Positions 28,867 through 39,008 of a DNA stretch of 64,000 bases are shown one piece after another. The notes beneath the pieces were generated by a model that searched no databases, was not told where the DNA came from, and was given only the letters and a program-made list of their open reading frames with translations. Source of the DNA: a virus. The position numbers and the translations under genes were made by a program. The stretch lies in the IMG/VR virus record IMGVR_UViG_3300027733_000001; one strand, given 5' to 3'. The stretch's first letter is position 1. Each line of letters starts with the position of its first letter.

Positions 28867-29499
28867 CTATTTCCAGCCTTTCGCGAGTGTCGTGTTTATC
28901 AACTTTATTCTATTATTTAACGTGCTTGTAGACAAATTTAATTTCTTAGCTATCGACTTATTATCAAGTACAGGTTTTCCTCCAAAGCCTGTCATGTGTT
29001 CAAAAATTAATTTATCTGTATCCGCTAGATCATGGTATACAAAATGTACCCACTCATCGTTTTCGCTATGAAACAGTGCAGGTGCATCAAACATAGCAGA
29101 CAAGCCTGTGGTAGTCTTTCTTGTCCTAAGCATGCTTTCTACAGCTTTCATGCTGAACCCTGAGTGATGCGACAGCTCTTCGAGTGTAGCTTGTCTGCCT
29201 AGAGTATGCTCCAGATCCTTTTCAATTTTCTGCAGCTTGTTGACCCCGAATTGCGTGTTCTCTGGAACTCTCAAGACGCTACCATACTGTGTCGATAGTC
29301 TTGACAGCTTCTTCAAGCTATTAACCAGGTGAGTGCTAAACTTGTAGCCTGAATGTGGGTCATATGTCTTGGCAGCCTCTCTGGCCAATCTGTGAGCTTC
29401 TAGCTGCACAGTAATCAAGGGGAGGTTAGTCGCATATCTAGAGGCCTCCAGATCGATCAACTTCTTATTGTCCTTAAGTAGCTTTTCAACGTCGTTCAT
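28867..29499 (-). CDS. sigma70-family RNA polymerase sigma factor
   Basis: Region 2 (AAKTYDPHSGYKFSTH), region 3 (LRVP...LGRQATLEELSHHSGFS) and a region 4 HTH (SIAKKLNLSTSTLNNR). Confidence 0.85.
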   Translation of the reverse strand: MNDVEKLLKDNKKLIDLEASRYATNLPLITVQLEAHRLAREAAKTYDPHSGYKFSTHLVNSLKKLSRLSTQYGSVLRVPENTQFGVNKLQKIEKDLEHTLGRQATLEELSHHSGFSMKAVESMLRTRKTTTGLSAMFDAPALFHSENDEWVHFVYHDLADTDKLIFEHMTGFGGKPVLDNKSIAKKLNLSTSTLNNRIKLINTTLAKGWK

Positions 29500-29500
29500 G

Positions 29501-31183
29501 CTATTTATTGTCCTCGATAAAAGCTTTCTGTACAGCTTTTTCCTTATCTAGATCATAACCCAAATACTCGTCTTTTTCAACACCTAGAGGCTCTACACCC
29601 ATACGACCACAGCAAAAGTTAACTATAGTTATGGCTGAACCTGAATTAGCGGGAGACATCTCTACCCTGTGTGTGACCTCAGTGACATAAAAAGCTATAA
29701 ACATCTCTGTCTCTCTGATGTATAAGGAGCCGCTGGTACCAGGCACCCAATCAGGATTGAAGTCTAGCGTGATCGATCCTCTACGATCGTGAAATCTTTC
29801 CTGATAGAACTTGGTCTCGGCGTAATTTTTGAGTGTATCTTTTAAATAGTCTTTATACACTGTCTTCTTCTTCTGTTCGCTTTCTCCTAGCATTGACGAT
29901 ATCTGTCCTAGGTATGAAGAGTATTGGAGCTCTCCGATATCAGGCATCATAGATTCGTCGGACTGATCAAACTTTTGCCTACCTTCTTGTGCGTCTTCAG
30001 CTATAGGCGCTGTGTCTGAAAGCATCATGAATGGGTTAGCATTAACTACGAGCACTCCTGAAGCGTTGGATTGTTCTTGCGGGGCTGTATAGTGTACTGC
30101 TGCTCCTCTTTCGAAAGCTAGACTGCCGATGTATGTGCCTCCAGTATAGCCTTCGAGCGTGACTACCACGCTCGCAATATCTCGATAGCCTGTATCGTTA
30201 TACATGTAACTGTTATAGTCTGCAGGATAGGCAACGTTCGGTCTATCTTGTAGCTGTCGTTTATTCGGTGGAGTATATTCCTGGTTAATCACAGAATTAA
30301 CAGGCACCACAAAAATCTTAGTGTTGCTGAAAATCAATGTGCATCCTAGGTAGGCTAGGAAGTTCATGTAGTTTTCCAGCAATATGTTTGGCCCGCTAGC
30401 AAATATCTTACCCATCTGCTCCATAACTAGACCTTTTGCAGGTGTGCAGTTTTTTGCTGAACCGTCGATTACTGCAGAGTAGTCTACGTTTTTGAAAAGT
30501 TCCTTAGCCTCGTTTAAGGCTTTCTTGTATCTAGGGTCATCATAGATTTTAGCAAACGGGAAATTTCCATCAGTCAGTTTTTCATCCTGTAGGTAATTCC
30601 TCCACTTCTCTTCCTGCTGAGTAATTATCCATTTCATGATCTCCGTATACACTTCTATCGGAGATTTACTAAAGTCTACTTCGCCGCCGCCCTCGATTGC
30701 AGCCCAAGACCTAACGGCGTTATTATCTCCCTGGTCCGGATCAGTAGTTACTCCCCATAAAGGCACTTTGTACACATTGATGGACGCCGGGTGTAGTCCT
30801 GGAGTCAATGTGGTAATCTCAAGCAGTCGCTGGGCCTTATTTTTCAAAACAGCTTGGTATGTATTCCCACCTACCACGTTACCTATAGTCAAACCATCAA
30901 GCATACCTACAAACTTGAGGGTTGAGGTTTTGCGCTCACCTATCTGCCCTGTGAATGTTTTCACAGATATGTCCACAGTGATGTCACGCTGTCTTTTCTG
31001 GGCGTCAACATCTTCTAATATTCCTGTAGGCTTACCTTGTATCTTAATCACCCCTGCTGAAGCAGGAGCCAAGTCTACCGTTGCCACAGGTACACCCCCA
31101 GCAGCATAGTGGACTGTCACACCTATTGGTGTTACACCATCTAGGCCTGTAAGTGTGAGTGTTACGTCGCTCTTTTTTGCCAT
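29501..31183 (-). CDS. baseplate hub protein (gpD/gp27-like)
   Basis: C-terminal FNPDWVPGT...FYVTEVTHRV typical of hub proteins; synteny. Confidence 0.6.
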   Translation of the reverse strand: MAKKSDVTLTLTGLDGVTPIGVTVHYAAGGVPVATVDLAPASAGVIKIQGKPTGILEDVDAQKRQRDITVDISVKTFTGQIGERKTSTLKFVGMLDGLTIGNVVGGNTYQAVLKNKAQRLLEITTLTPGLHPASINVYKVPLWGVTTDPDQGDNNAVRSWAAIEGGGEVDFSKSPIEVYTEIMKWIITQQEEKWRNYLQDEKLTDGNFPFAKIYDDPRYKKALNEAKELFKNVDYSAVIDGSAKNCTPAKGLVMEQMGKIFASGPNILLENYMNFLAYLGCTLIFSNTKIFVVPVNSVINQEYTPPNKRQLQDRPNVAYPADYNSYMYNDTGYRDIASVVVTLEGYTGGTYIGSLAFERGAAVHYTAPQEQSNASGVLVVNANPFMMLSDTAPIAEDAQEGRQKFDQSDESMMPDIGELQYSSYLGQISSMLGESEQKKKTVYKDYLKDTLKNYAETKFYQERFHDRRGSITLDFNPDWVPGTSGSLYIRETEMFIAFYVTEVTHRVEMSPANSGSAITIVNFCCGRMGVEPLGVEKDEYLGYDLDKEKAVQKAFIEDNK

Positions 31184-32109
31184 ACAAGGTTAACTCTTTC
31201 CACATAGGCTAGCAGTAGTCCTGCCAATCTATATGCAGGGTTATAGTGCATATTCCACATGTTCTGATATGTCTGCGTACAACTAGACTGCATATATCTA
31301 AACATAGCGTCCACATTCTGCCAGTAAGTATCTAGTGGCTTAATCTTGTCGAGAATGTTGAAGCTGACAGGAGAGTCTACAGAAAATCGCCAAAATTTAT
31401 TCGGTGTTGCGGTGAGAACTGCTTTACCTGCAAGTATACATGTCAGTCCTGTATCACCTATAGTTATAGGTAGTGAAACTAGAGGATCTGCGCCACTAGG
31501 TGTAACAGACACAGTCATATTATTGGCTGTCTTAGATGATGACTTTAATGGGTGGTAATACAATTCTTGGGTAGGTGAATGTATTAGTACTGTGGATGTG
31601 TTGCTTTGCTGAATGACGTCGTACACTGTAGTAAAACTTCTAGAATATTCATTACTCGCACCTGAGCCATAAACGAGTATGGTGTAGTTTGTATCGCTAG
31701 AAGCATTGATAGCTATGTTTCTAAATTTAAAATACTCCACCATGTCATCTAGCGAGTACGATATTCTACTGTCTACCTTTTTAACATCCTCCGCCTTATC
31801 TGTCAGAGAGATCGTTCTTAGGTAGGAGTATAATAGGAACTGTTTGTAGTGTGTGGTTATTGTCGAGGGAAACAAGACATTGTAGACCCTCTGTAATTCC
31901 TGTGGCAGGTCTATTTGAGTATAGTTCCGGTCTACTAGAGGAAGAAGCAGTCTATTCTCTCCTACTGCAGTGTAATCGCCTACACTGAGTACTCCTCCGC
32001 CGGCTGAGATACTCGATGTTCCGCCGAAAACCAATTCGTACTTCTGCACCACAGATTCTATAGCGCGCAGGTTGATATTACTCAATAGAGATGCAAAATG
32101 ATTAACCAT
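31162..32109 (-). CDS. putative baseplate structural protein
   Basis: Position between the tape measure and hub genes; beta-rich. Confidence 0.5.
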   Translation of the reverse strand: MVNHFASLLSNINLRAIESVVQKYELVFGGTSSISAGGGVLSVGDYTAVGENRLLLPLVDRNYTQIDLPQELQRVYNVLFPSTITTHYKQFLLYSYLRTISLTDKAEDVKKVDSRISYSLDDMVEYFKFRNIAINASSDTNYTILVYGSGASNEYSRSFTTVYDVIQQSNTSTVLIHSPTQELYYHPLKSSSKTANNMTVSVTPSGADPLVSLPITIGDTGLTCILAGKAVLTATPNKFWRFSVDSPVSFNILDKIKPLDTYWQNVDAMFRYMQSSCTQTYQNMWNMHYNPAYRLAGLLLAYVERVNLVWQKRAT

Positions 32110-32111
32110 AA

Positions 32112-32558
32112 TTATAATCCGTGGTTAACTACAGAAAACGCGAAGTTGAATTGTGCCATGGTATCTGGGTCACCTACAAGATTGACTTGGGCGCTCGTCA
32201 TTATCGCTGTCACCACGATGCCGCCAATATCTACAGGCTGCTCTTTTCCTCTCAAGTTACCCAGAGCGGCTTTAAATTTCGCCAAGCCAGGTATACTACC
32301 ATAACAATCTCCATACAATGTGCCCTCCACAGTGAGTGCACCTACACCCTTACCGAAATGAATAAACTTGATTACGTCGTCGAAAGTTAAAAAATACTGA
32401 ATGGTTTCACCTAGCTGTAGGCTAATAGTGTTATATACTGCCAAACCATCCTTTTGAACAATATTGTCCACTTCAGGTATCGAGATTAAAGATTGGCCTC
32501 CCCCAATATTCTGTTTGAATACGTCGTTATTACTTAATGCAAAAAAAGCGGCTGGCAT
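32112..32558 (-). CDS. putative tube-initiator/tube-like protein
   Basis: FIHFGKGVGALTVEGTLYG; directly after the tape measure gene. Confidence 0.5.
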   Translation of the reverse strand: MPAAFFALSNNDVFKQNIGGGQSLISIPEVDNIVQKDGLAVYNTISLQLGETIQYFLTFDDVIKFIHFGKGVGALTVEGTLYGDCYGSIPGLAKFKAALGNLRGKEQPVDIGGIVVTAIMTSAQVNLVGDPDTMAQFNFAFSVVNHGL

Positions 32559-32559
32559 A

Positions 32560-35500
32560 TTATAGTTGCTGTATAGCTGTTATGAGTGATGTTAGTCCTC
32601 CCCCCAGGACGTCGCCGCTGCTGAGAGTTTCTGTCAACTTATTCATGGCGTCACTCAGGTCTTTCCTGGACTGCAACTCAGGGCTGGTTTCGTTTAATGC
32701 TCCTGCACGTTGGGAAGCGATATTTATCTTATCTTGCGTAGTGTTGAGTGCTCCTGCCGCAGTACTACTCGACCAATAATCTCCCCACTCATCTTTATTG
32801 AAGGCTCCTTCTCCTTTGTTTTTATCTTTGAGCATCTTCGTCAAGTCCACCTTGCCGTCATTAGATGTATAGTAGTTCTTGAGATATTGCGCATCCCAAC
32901 CGCCTCGTTTGCCTGAGGCTTCAAGTGCATTCAGTTGAGAACCTAGTTGATCTGTAAGTTCAGTCCTCTCGGCCTCAAAAAGCTTTTTATAGTTTGCTCC
33001 TGCAGCCGCCTGCATTGCTGCCCCTGAAAGTGCGTTGACTCCTCCTCGCTGGGCAATGTTCAAGGCTCGAGTATCGTCGAGTACTCCTAGCTTTTTATAG
33101 GCCCGTAATGTAGTTAGTCTATTTCTACTGCCGGCGTATTCTCTCGAATTCCAATTTTTATTCGAGGTGGATTCTTTCTCAAGCTTTTCTAACTCAGCCA
33201 AACCTTCTTCAGAACTTTTTAAACGCATCTGTCCGCCCATCTTTGAGGTAGTCAGTAGTTCCTCTATGGTTAATGTGCCAAGATTTTCGGTAGAGGCAGT
33301 ATCTCCAGAGGCCGTTCCTGCTGCTTTTCTGGCGGTTATAAATTCGTTTAAAGCGTCTTTAAATCCGCCACTCTTGATCTTGGTCTCGTCCGACAAACCC
33401 TTCTTACCTACCACCTCAGACATTTTTTCGCCGGCCTTCTGTGCGGATTCTAGTGCAGCATTGGCATTGTCGGTGTTTTTGTTACTAGTGGCGAAAATAT
33501 GTGTAAGTGCGCCGGTAATGTCTTTAGATGTTGTTCCTGAACTCAGAGCGTCCACAACTTGAGTAACTATAGGGGCGTATTTCGAGCCGTACTTCTTATC
33601 CATTTCGGCTTCGTCTTTAGCGCTCTCATCTCTAAGTGCTTCGAATTTTGCATACGCAGACTTCTCGTCGTCAGTACGCGTACCATTCTCCAGCATTTCT
33701 TGCACACCTATTTTAGAGTGCTCCCATACTCGCTTATCTTGAGCAGTAACCAAATATCTTCTAACCTTAGCATCTACCTGGCTAAAGTCCCCTTTAGAAT
33801 TCTTGTACATTTCCTGCATCTGTTCGGTAGATAAACCTACACGGTTCAAATGTTGAAACATTGCAGATGTAAGGGCTGGCTTAGCTGCATTGAACACGGT
33901 ATTCGCCGTGTCCTTATCTTTCATGGCCTCAGCCAATAATTCAGGATTATCAGAAGAAAGGCGGTATAACTGACCCACACTCATGCCTCTTATTTTGGCC
34001 ATACCTGCACGAAGACCTTCATCTAGAGATCTGCCAGTAACTGGTTTATTTTTAAGTAGCTCCTTCAATTGAGCTTTTTCTTCGTCGGTAGCACCATAAT
34101 ATGCGGCAGCAATAGTTGCACCTACCGGACCAGCAGCAAATTCTTGTGCTGTCTTCATTTCTCGAGAAGCTATACCTTGGGCGCCTCCAGCTTTACGATA
34201 ATCGGCAGCAGACATTGTAGCGCCTAGCGAGGCTGCAGTACCCACAGCTTTCATACCTAGTTCAGCTATGGCTGCACTGCTGGTGGATTGTAATGCAGGG
34301 TGATTTGCAGCCAGCTGTTTACCTGCATCAATAATAGATAACATTGTCTTGATGCTTATGCCAGCTACGCGCGCCGTTGCATTTACTTTGCGCAGCAAAC
34401 CTTCTACCTCACCTGCACCTTTTTCACTACCTAAATCTACCTCTGTACCGGCGATATTACTTATCTTGGACACTAATTCAGCTCCTGACTTATTACCGAA
34501 TACTGCTCTTGCTGCAGACATTGCTCCTCCCGAGGCGCTAACATAATCAGCCATGCTGGCAGCCATGCCTGCACCCTTGCGATCCCCGAGCATGCGCAGA
34601 TCCGCCGCTTTAATGAAGCCTGATGTAAAATCTTCCAGTTTAAAACCTCTGGATTTTTCAAAATCAAATCCCTTGACGGCTCCTCCAGCCTTTTGGGAGG
34701 CTGCTCCTTTTTCCTGTAAAGCAGATAACGGAGAGCCTGACCTCAAGCCCTCCATCTCTTTCCTGAAAGCGTCCACATCTACTTCACCGAGGTACTTCTG
34801 TGCTCCACCCACTGTACCTCTTGTAGCCTCGGTCTTAAACTTGTCTAGCTCCCTATCAGATATTTTGAGTACATCTTTTACGCGTTTGAGTAGCCCCTCG
34901 CTAACGTCCTCTGTAATCTTACCTCCCCCCTCTTTAAGAGCTTTCTCTAAATCCGCAGAAAGCATGTCTGCCTGTGCGCTCTTAGCTGATGTTTGACTAG
35001 CTATTCTCTGCGCAACAGGATCGTTTTCATCTACTACATTAAAATTTTTGATTAGTTCTTCGCCTTTCGCATTGAGTTTACCTTCCTTATCGGCCTCAAT
35101 ACCTTTAAAGCCCATGTCTCTAAAAATCTTATTAGCATCAGGACCCTTGGCAATATTTCTAAGAACTTCCTTACCTTGAGCATTAAGGTCTTCTCTTACT
35201 CCGCCTGGGCCTTCGTAGTTTTGCCTCTTATAAAACTGCTTCTCTAGAGACTGCATTATTTCTTCTGTTTCGCCTGAGGATACGGCACCCATCCTACCGA
35301 AATTACCCATGACGCCTGCACCAGCCAATCCGGCGTACAACTGCATCTGGGCAGCCATTGGGTTGCCCCCCATGAACGGAGACATGGTGCGAGCCATCGC
35401 GCTGTCTGGTGTCGCAAATTCTCCCAGTATCCCTAGTAAAGGATTTCCGCCAAGTCCTACCCTGGAGGCCATCCCATTATTCATGAGACCTGACCTCTGC

Positions 35501-35703
35501 AGGTTTAGAAACTCTGTTGAGCGGTTGCGCTGCAACATAGCTTCATACATACTCTGTCCATTATCGGACGCAGGCATGTAATTTTGCCCAAACATCATCC
35601 GCATGGCCGTATTCATCCATGGGTGACCAAAATTTCTACCCAATGGAGAATACGACGAATACAGATTATCGGAAGAGTCGAACGAGTCTACATCATTATA
35701 CAT
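32560..35703 (-). CDS. tape measure protein
   Basis: 1047 aa, Ala/Gly/Met-rich and helical, immediately after the chaperone pair. Confidence 0.85.
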   Translation of the reverse strand: MYNDVDSFDSSDNLYSSYSPLGRNFGHPWMNTAMRMMFGQNYMPASDNGQSMYEAMLQRNRSTEFLNLQRSGLMNNGMASRVGLGGNPLLGILGEFATPDSAMARTMSPFMGGNPMAAQMQLYAGLAGAGVMGNFGRMGAVSSGETEEIMQSLEKQFYKRQNYEGPGGVREDLNAQGKEVLRNIAKGPDANKIFRDMGFKGIEADKEGKLNAKGEELIKNFNVVDENDPVAQRIASQTSAKSAQADMLSADLEKALKEGGGKITEDVSEGLLKRVKDVLKISDRELDKFKTEATRGTVGGAQKYLGEVDVDAFRKEMEGLRSGSPLSALQEKGAASQKAGGAVKGFDFEKSRGFKLEDFTSGFIKAADLRMLGDRKGAGMAASMADYVSASGGAMSAARAVFGNKSGAELVSKISNIAGTEVDLGSEKGAGEVEGLLRKVNATARVAGISIKTMLSIIDAGKQLAANHPALQSTSSAAIAELGMKAVGTAASLGATMSAADYRKAGGAQGIASREMKTAQEFAAGPVGATIAAAYYGATDEEKAQLKELLKNKPVTGRSLDEGLRAGMAKIRGMSVGQLYRLSSDNPELLAEAMKDKDTANTVFNAAKPALTSAMFQHLNRVGLSTEQMQEMYKNSKGDFSQVDAKVRRYLVTAQDKRVWEHSKIGVQEMLENGTRTDDEKSAYAKFEALRDESAKDEAEMDKKYGSKYAPIVTQVVDALSSGTTSKDITGALTHIFATSNKNTDNANAALESAQKAGEKMSEVVGKKGLSDETKIKSGGFKDALNEFITARKAAGTASGDTASTENLGTLTIEELLTTSKMGGQMRLKSSEEGLAELEKLEKESTSNKNWNSREYAGSRNRLTTLRAYKKLGVLDDTRALNIAQRGGVNALSGAAMQAAAGANYKKLFEAERTELTDQLGSQLNALEASGKRGGWDAQYLKNYYTSNDGKVDLTKMLKDKNKGEGAFNKDEWGDYWSSSTAAGALNTTQDKINIASQRAGALNETSPELQSRKDLSDAMNKLTETLSSGDVLGGGLTSLITAIQQL

Positions 35704-35705
35704 TG

Positions 35706-36059
35706 CTATTTTTTGTTAGCGTGCTGTAAGAATGTTCTCCATTCGTCTAGCTCGTCTTTAGATAATTCTTCTTTTTTCTTTATTGTATCTTTTGGAAGAG
35801 CAGAAGGCAATTTTAATCCTATTAACGATCTAGAAGTATCGAATATTGGAGCCAAAACGTCTTTGTTTCTGACGTCTAGCGTAGCGCGCAGCACAGTTTC
35901 CATTAGCAGCTTGTGCTCTAGCAAAGAATATAGTCGCTCATCTTGAACATAGTTCAAAATGAGCTCTTCTCTAAGATATGAAGATGGTTGCGGATACTCA
36001 AAAGTCAGCCAGCCGCGCAGGTAGCCTTCAGTGAGGCACTTTACACGCTGGCTTTCCAA
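35706..36059 (-). CDS. tail assembly chaperone, -1 frame extension (GT-type)
   Basis: No ATG; opens in the -1 frame across the end of the upstream chaperone ORF. Confidence 0.7.
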   Translation of the reverse strand: MESQRVKCLTEGYLRGWLTFEYPQPSSYLREELILNYVQDERLYSLLEHKLLMETVLRATLDVRNKDVLAPIFDTSRSLIGLKLPSALPKDTIKKKEELSKDELDEWRTFLQHANKK

Positions 36060-36065
36060 AAATTT
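36008..36065 (-). other. programmed -1 frameshift signal
   Basis: In-frame heptamer A AAT TTT (36065-36059), 6-nt spacer, and a stem-loop GCCAGCGTGTA...TGCGCGGCTGGC (36052-36008). Confidence 0.7.
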
Positions 36066-36556
36066 TGGGTATGTACCTCTTTAGAAAGCTTGAGAATCTT
36101 GGCTTCAAAGAGCTGGAAGGCGTCCAGGTATGCTGAGAGTTTGAGTGTAGGCCAATTAAGGGTTTCTTTGGCTCTAGCTCTTACATAAGAGGTATTATCG
36201 TCTAAAGCAATGAACTTGTCTTTGGTGATAGCTGAAAACGGCCTGTCGTCCACAGAAACCAAAGACAGTGCCAACCTATATGTGGATATCGTGATTAGAT
36301 AGGCGTCATTGTCTGCAGCCACACCGCTAGACCTATCCATGACAATCTGGTTTACCACATCTGTATTTTCCTGCACAGTCAGCGCCTTAAACTTAAGGGT
36401 GAGTTGCGCATCAAACAAAGAAACTTCCTCAGTATAGGGAGTGTCTGCCAATACACTTTTCAAATAGCGCTCTTTATCCCCGGCGGACAGTTCAACATTT
36501 TTAACTGTCTCTGTGTTTGTCTCTATAGATGGGTTGATGATCGGTTGCTCTTCCAT
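36041..36556 (-). CDS. tail assembly chaperone (G-type)
   Basis: Upstream of the tape measure gene; ends at the slippery site. Confidence 0.75.
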   Translation of the reverse strand: MEEQPIINPSIETNTETVKNVELSAGDKERYLKSVLADTPYTEEVSLFDAQLTLKFKALTVQENTDVVNQIVMDRSSGVAADNDAYLITISTYRLALSLVSVDDRPFSAITKDKFIALDDNTSYVRARAKETLNWPTLKLSAYLDAFQLFEAKILKLSKEVHTQNFWKASV

Positions 36557-36557
36557 A

Positions 36558-38936
36558 TTAGTTGTTGTATACTTTGTAATTTTGCAGTGAGTCTAGTGTA
36601 ATTTCACCTGGTTTTTTGTCTGCATCGGCCTTACTGAAATAGGCCTCACCTGACTCATTAGGTTCCAGATTAACAGGCTTTGCTGCAGAGTAATAGAAGT
36701 TTTCAAATAAATCTTTGCCTGGATATGGTAACGAGGCATTGATCTCCTGTTCCTCCCAGGCTTTCAGATCATACATTTGGGTGAGTAGATCGTCTTGCTG
36801 CGCTAGTGTCGTCGGTATAGCGTCCTGTTCAGGAACAAGTGTTCCGTATTGATATGATGACAAAAACTTAAACTGTAGGTCTGTAAACTTAGATTCTTCC
36901 TGGAAAACAGTTTGGTTAAGAATGTCTTCCTTAGCAGACCTAATGTCTGAGAGCTGCTCTGTTAGCTTGGATACCTCTAAGCAGCCATAGAGCACATCAA
37001 TGAAAGGATTTGGTGTATCACCATACAGGTCATATCCTACCCCTAGCGGTTGGTCCTTCTGCCCTATAGAGGTCGATACAGCGCCAGCCAATACCACAGC
37101 GCTGTCAGAGAGCAGCTCTGTCACATTCGTAGAGTGTAACAGTATGCTCGTATCAGCGAGCATGATTGTGTTAGATTTACTGTGCGTGATTAGTGAATCA
37201 TGAGCAATAATGTCTATGTTATTTAGGGACTGAAACAATAGGCTGTTTTTTGCGTAGTTCACTATCTGATTTTCTGCATAATTGTAGATACTTAACTTCG
37301 ACTTTAATACGATGCCTCCGATGTCCTCTACTGCAGCTTCGGTAGGATCTGGAGAACCTGGTGTAGCTGTTTCTCCGTTAGACTCTAGTATTATCCCTGA
37401 CTTATTACTGTAGCAGTACAATGCTTTCTCTGCCTTAAGTCGCATGCCTTCTTCTGAAGAAGCGAGATCTAGATGCTTCTTGCAGGTCATGTTTATGTTT
37501 CCACCAGCCTTAACAATATTGTTTCTCAAGGGCTGAGACACAAGGTCTTTAGCGGGCTGCAGATAAATGTTTCCTCCCTCCATGACGATTGCAGAATTCC
37601 ATGCATCTCGTATAGTGATTCCGCCGTTGGGCATTATGTATATACCTGCTGTACGCTGGACATATTCTTTTAAGTTTAATGGTGTCTCCTGATCTACCTG
37701 ATCTAGATCCTTTAGGCTAGTTTCAGAGTCAATTTGGTCGTTTACGTAGAAATCTTTCTCGTGCTTTTTAAAGTTCTGATACCCTAGCTTTTCATTCACG
37801 TAAGCTACATAGTCTCTGAGCTGTAGTGCATAATTAAACGGATTGTCTTTAAAGTTATAGTCGTTCTTGAATTCGAACGGCTCCTTCTTATCATATTTTA
37901 ATTCCTCTGCATTGTCACCATTGGGGTCATCTGGTGCAGCCTTTCTTAGAGGTACACGAATCCAGTTAGTCTTTTCTATGAAGATTTCTTTCACGCTGCG
38001 TAGATGAAAAGCCCCGTCTGTACCTATATGAGCGTCCCATAGGCCTGTGTCTGGCTTCTCAGGAGTGTATTCAGGATCTAGCTTGCGTACTTCTTTCTCA
38101 TCCGGACATACCAGGAACACATGTAAGAAGTCTCCCAGCCCTCCTAGAAACCATTTGAACCGTTCGATAGCTTTAACCCGCTCGTCTTCTTTGATTGAGA
38201 AATAATCGGATTTGTCGTCAACAGTATGTCCACCCTTCTTCTCAAACATAGGGTCCTGTGAGTCGGTCTTTACTGCAGGTCTACCATAAGATTCAGCAGG
38301 TTTGTGAGTGGCTCCAAACTCAGCCATTATACTTTTACCGTCGTGGTAAACACTATACTCTCCTAGCGCTGTATAGTGTTGAAAGTTATGACTAATCACT
38401 CTTACGAGATCGTCCAGTAAGTGGCATTGAATCTGTGCTAGTTCAGAGGCTTTTAGGGTAGCCAGCTGCTGATACAACCCTAGTAATACTCCAAACTCAT
38501 TACTTACAACATGCTCACCTTCTACTACGTCTGATGGTCTTCGATGATCGTATAGGTCCGGCGTATTACGCATGTGACCTGCCTTATTGGCTTCGTCAGA
38601 AATTGCGTTACCTGCACCAATACATGTTCTAGCGGGAAGCGCGACTTTCTTAGTAATAGTGTTCTGTGGAATCATTCCCACAATAAAACAACCTGCACCT
38701 GTACCATCCTCAACACACAACACTCTAGAACCAGGCTGAGGCATTGTAGACTCTTTGAACCCTAGGAAAGCAGATAGAGTCGAGACCACCATGATGCCTT
38801 GCATGCGCATGCCGCCATCGGCTGAGTTTGCACCAGCATAAGACTCTCTGATGACTGTTACTGCATTAGATCCTGCATTGGATGTGATTACGAATCCAAC
38901 AAAAACACCTGATGACTTTTGTTTAGTTAGCGACAT
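36558..38936 (-). CDS. central spike protein (gp5/VgrG-like)
   Basis: OB-fold-like N-terminus (MPQPGSRVLCV) and beta-helix-like repeats; no lysozyme motif seen. Confidence 0.65.
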   Translation of the reverse strand: MSLTKQKSSGVFVGFVITSNAGSNAVTVIRESYAGANSADGGMRMQGIMVVSTLSAFLGFKESTMPQPGSRVLCVEDGTGAGCFIVGMIPQNTITKKVALPARTCIGAGNAISDEANKAGHMRNTPDLYDHRRPSDVVEGEHVVSNEFGVLLGLYQQLATLKASELAQIQCHLLDDLVRVISHNFQHYTALGEYSVYHDGKSIMAEFGATHKPAESYGRPAVKTDSQDPMFEKKGGHTVDDKSDYFSIKEDERVKAIERFKWFLGGLGDFLHVFLVCPDEKEVRKLDPEYTPEKPDTGLWDAHIGTDGAFHLRSVKEIFIEKTNWIRVPLRKAAPDDPNGDNAEELKYDKKEPFEFKNDYNFKDNPFNYALQLRDYVAYVNEKLGYQNFKKHEKDFYVNDQIDSETSLKDLDQVDQETPLNLKEYVQRTAGIYIMPNGGITIRDAWNSAIVMEGGNIYLQPAKDLVSQPLRNNIVKAGGNINMTCKKHLDLASSEEGMRLKAEKALYCYSNKSGIILESNGETATPGSPDPTEAAVEDIGGIVLKSKLSIYNYAENQIVNYAKNSLLFQSLNNIDIIAHDSLITHSKSNTIMLADTSILLHSTNVTELLSDSAVVLAGAVSTSIGQKDQPLGVGYDLYGDTPNPFIDVLYGCLEVSKLTEQLSDIRSAKEDILNQTVFQEESKFTDLQFKFLSSYQYGTLVPEQDAIPTTLAQQDDLLTQMYDLKAWEEQEINASLPYPGKDLFENFYYSAAKPVNLEPNESGEAYFSKADADKKPGEITLDSLQNYKVYNN

Positions 38937-38947
38937 ATATGTACGTG

Positions 38948-38986
38948 AAAAGACCTCAGTCTTAATATACTAGACTGAGGTCTTTT
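38948..38986. terminator. 15-bp perfect inverted repeat, probable bidirectional terminator
   Basis: AAAAGACCTCAGTCT-N9-AGACTGAGGTCTTTT after the tube gene. Confidence 0.7.
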
Positions 38987-39008
38987 AGCAAGTAAATAGC
39001 GCTTATGC

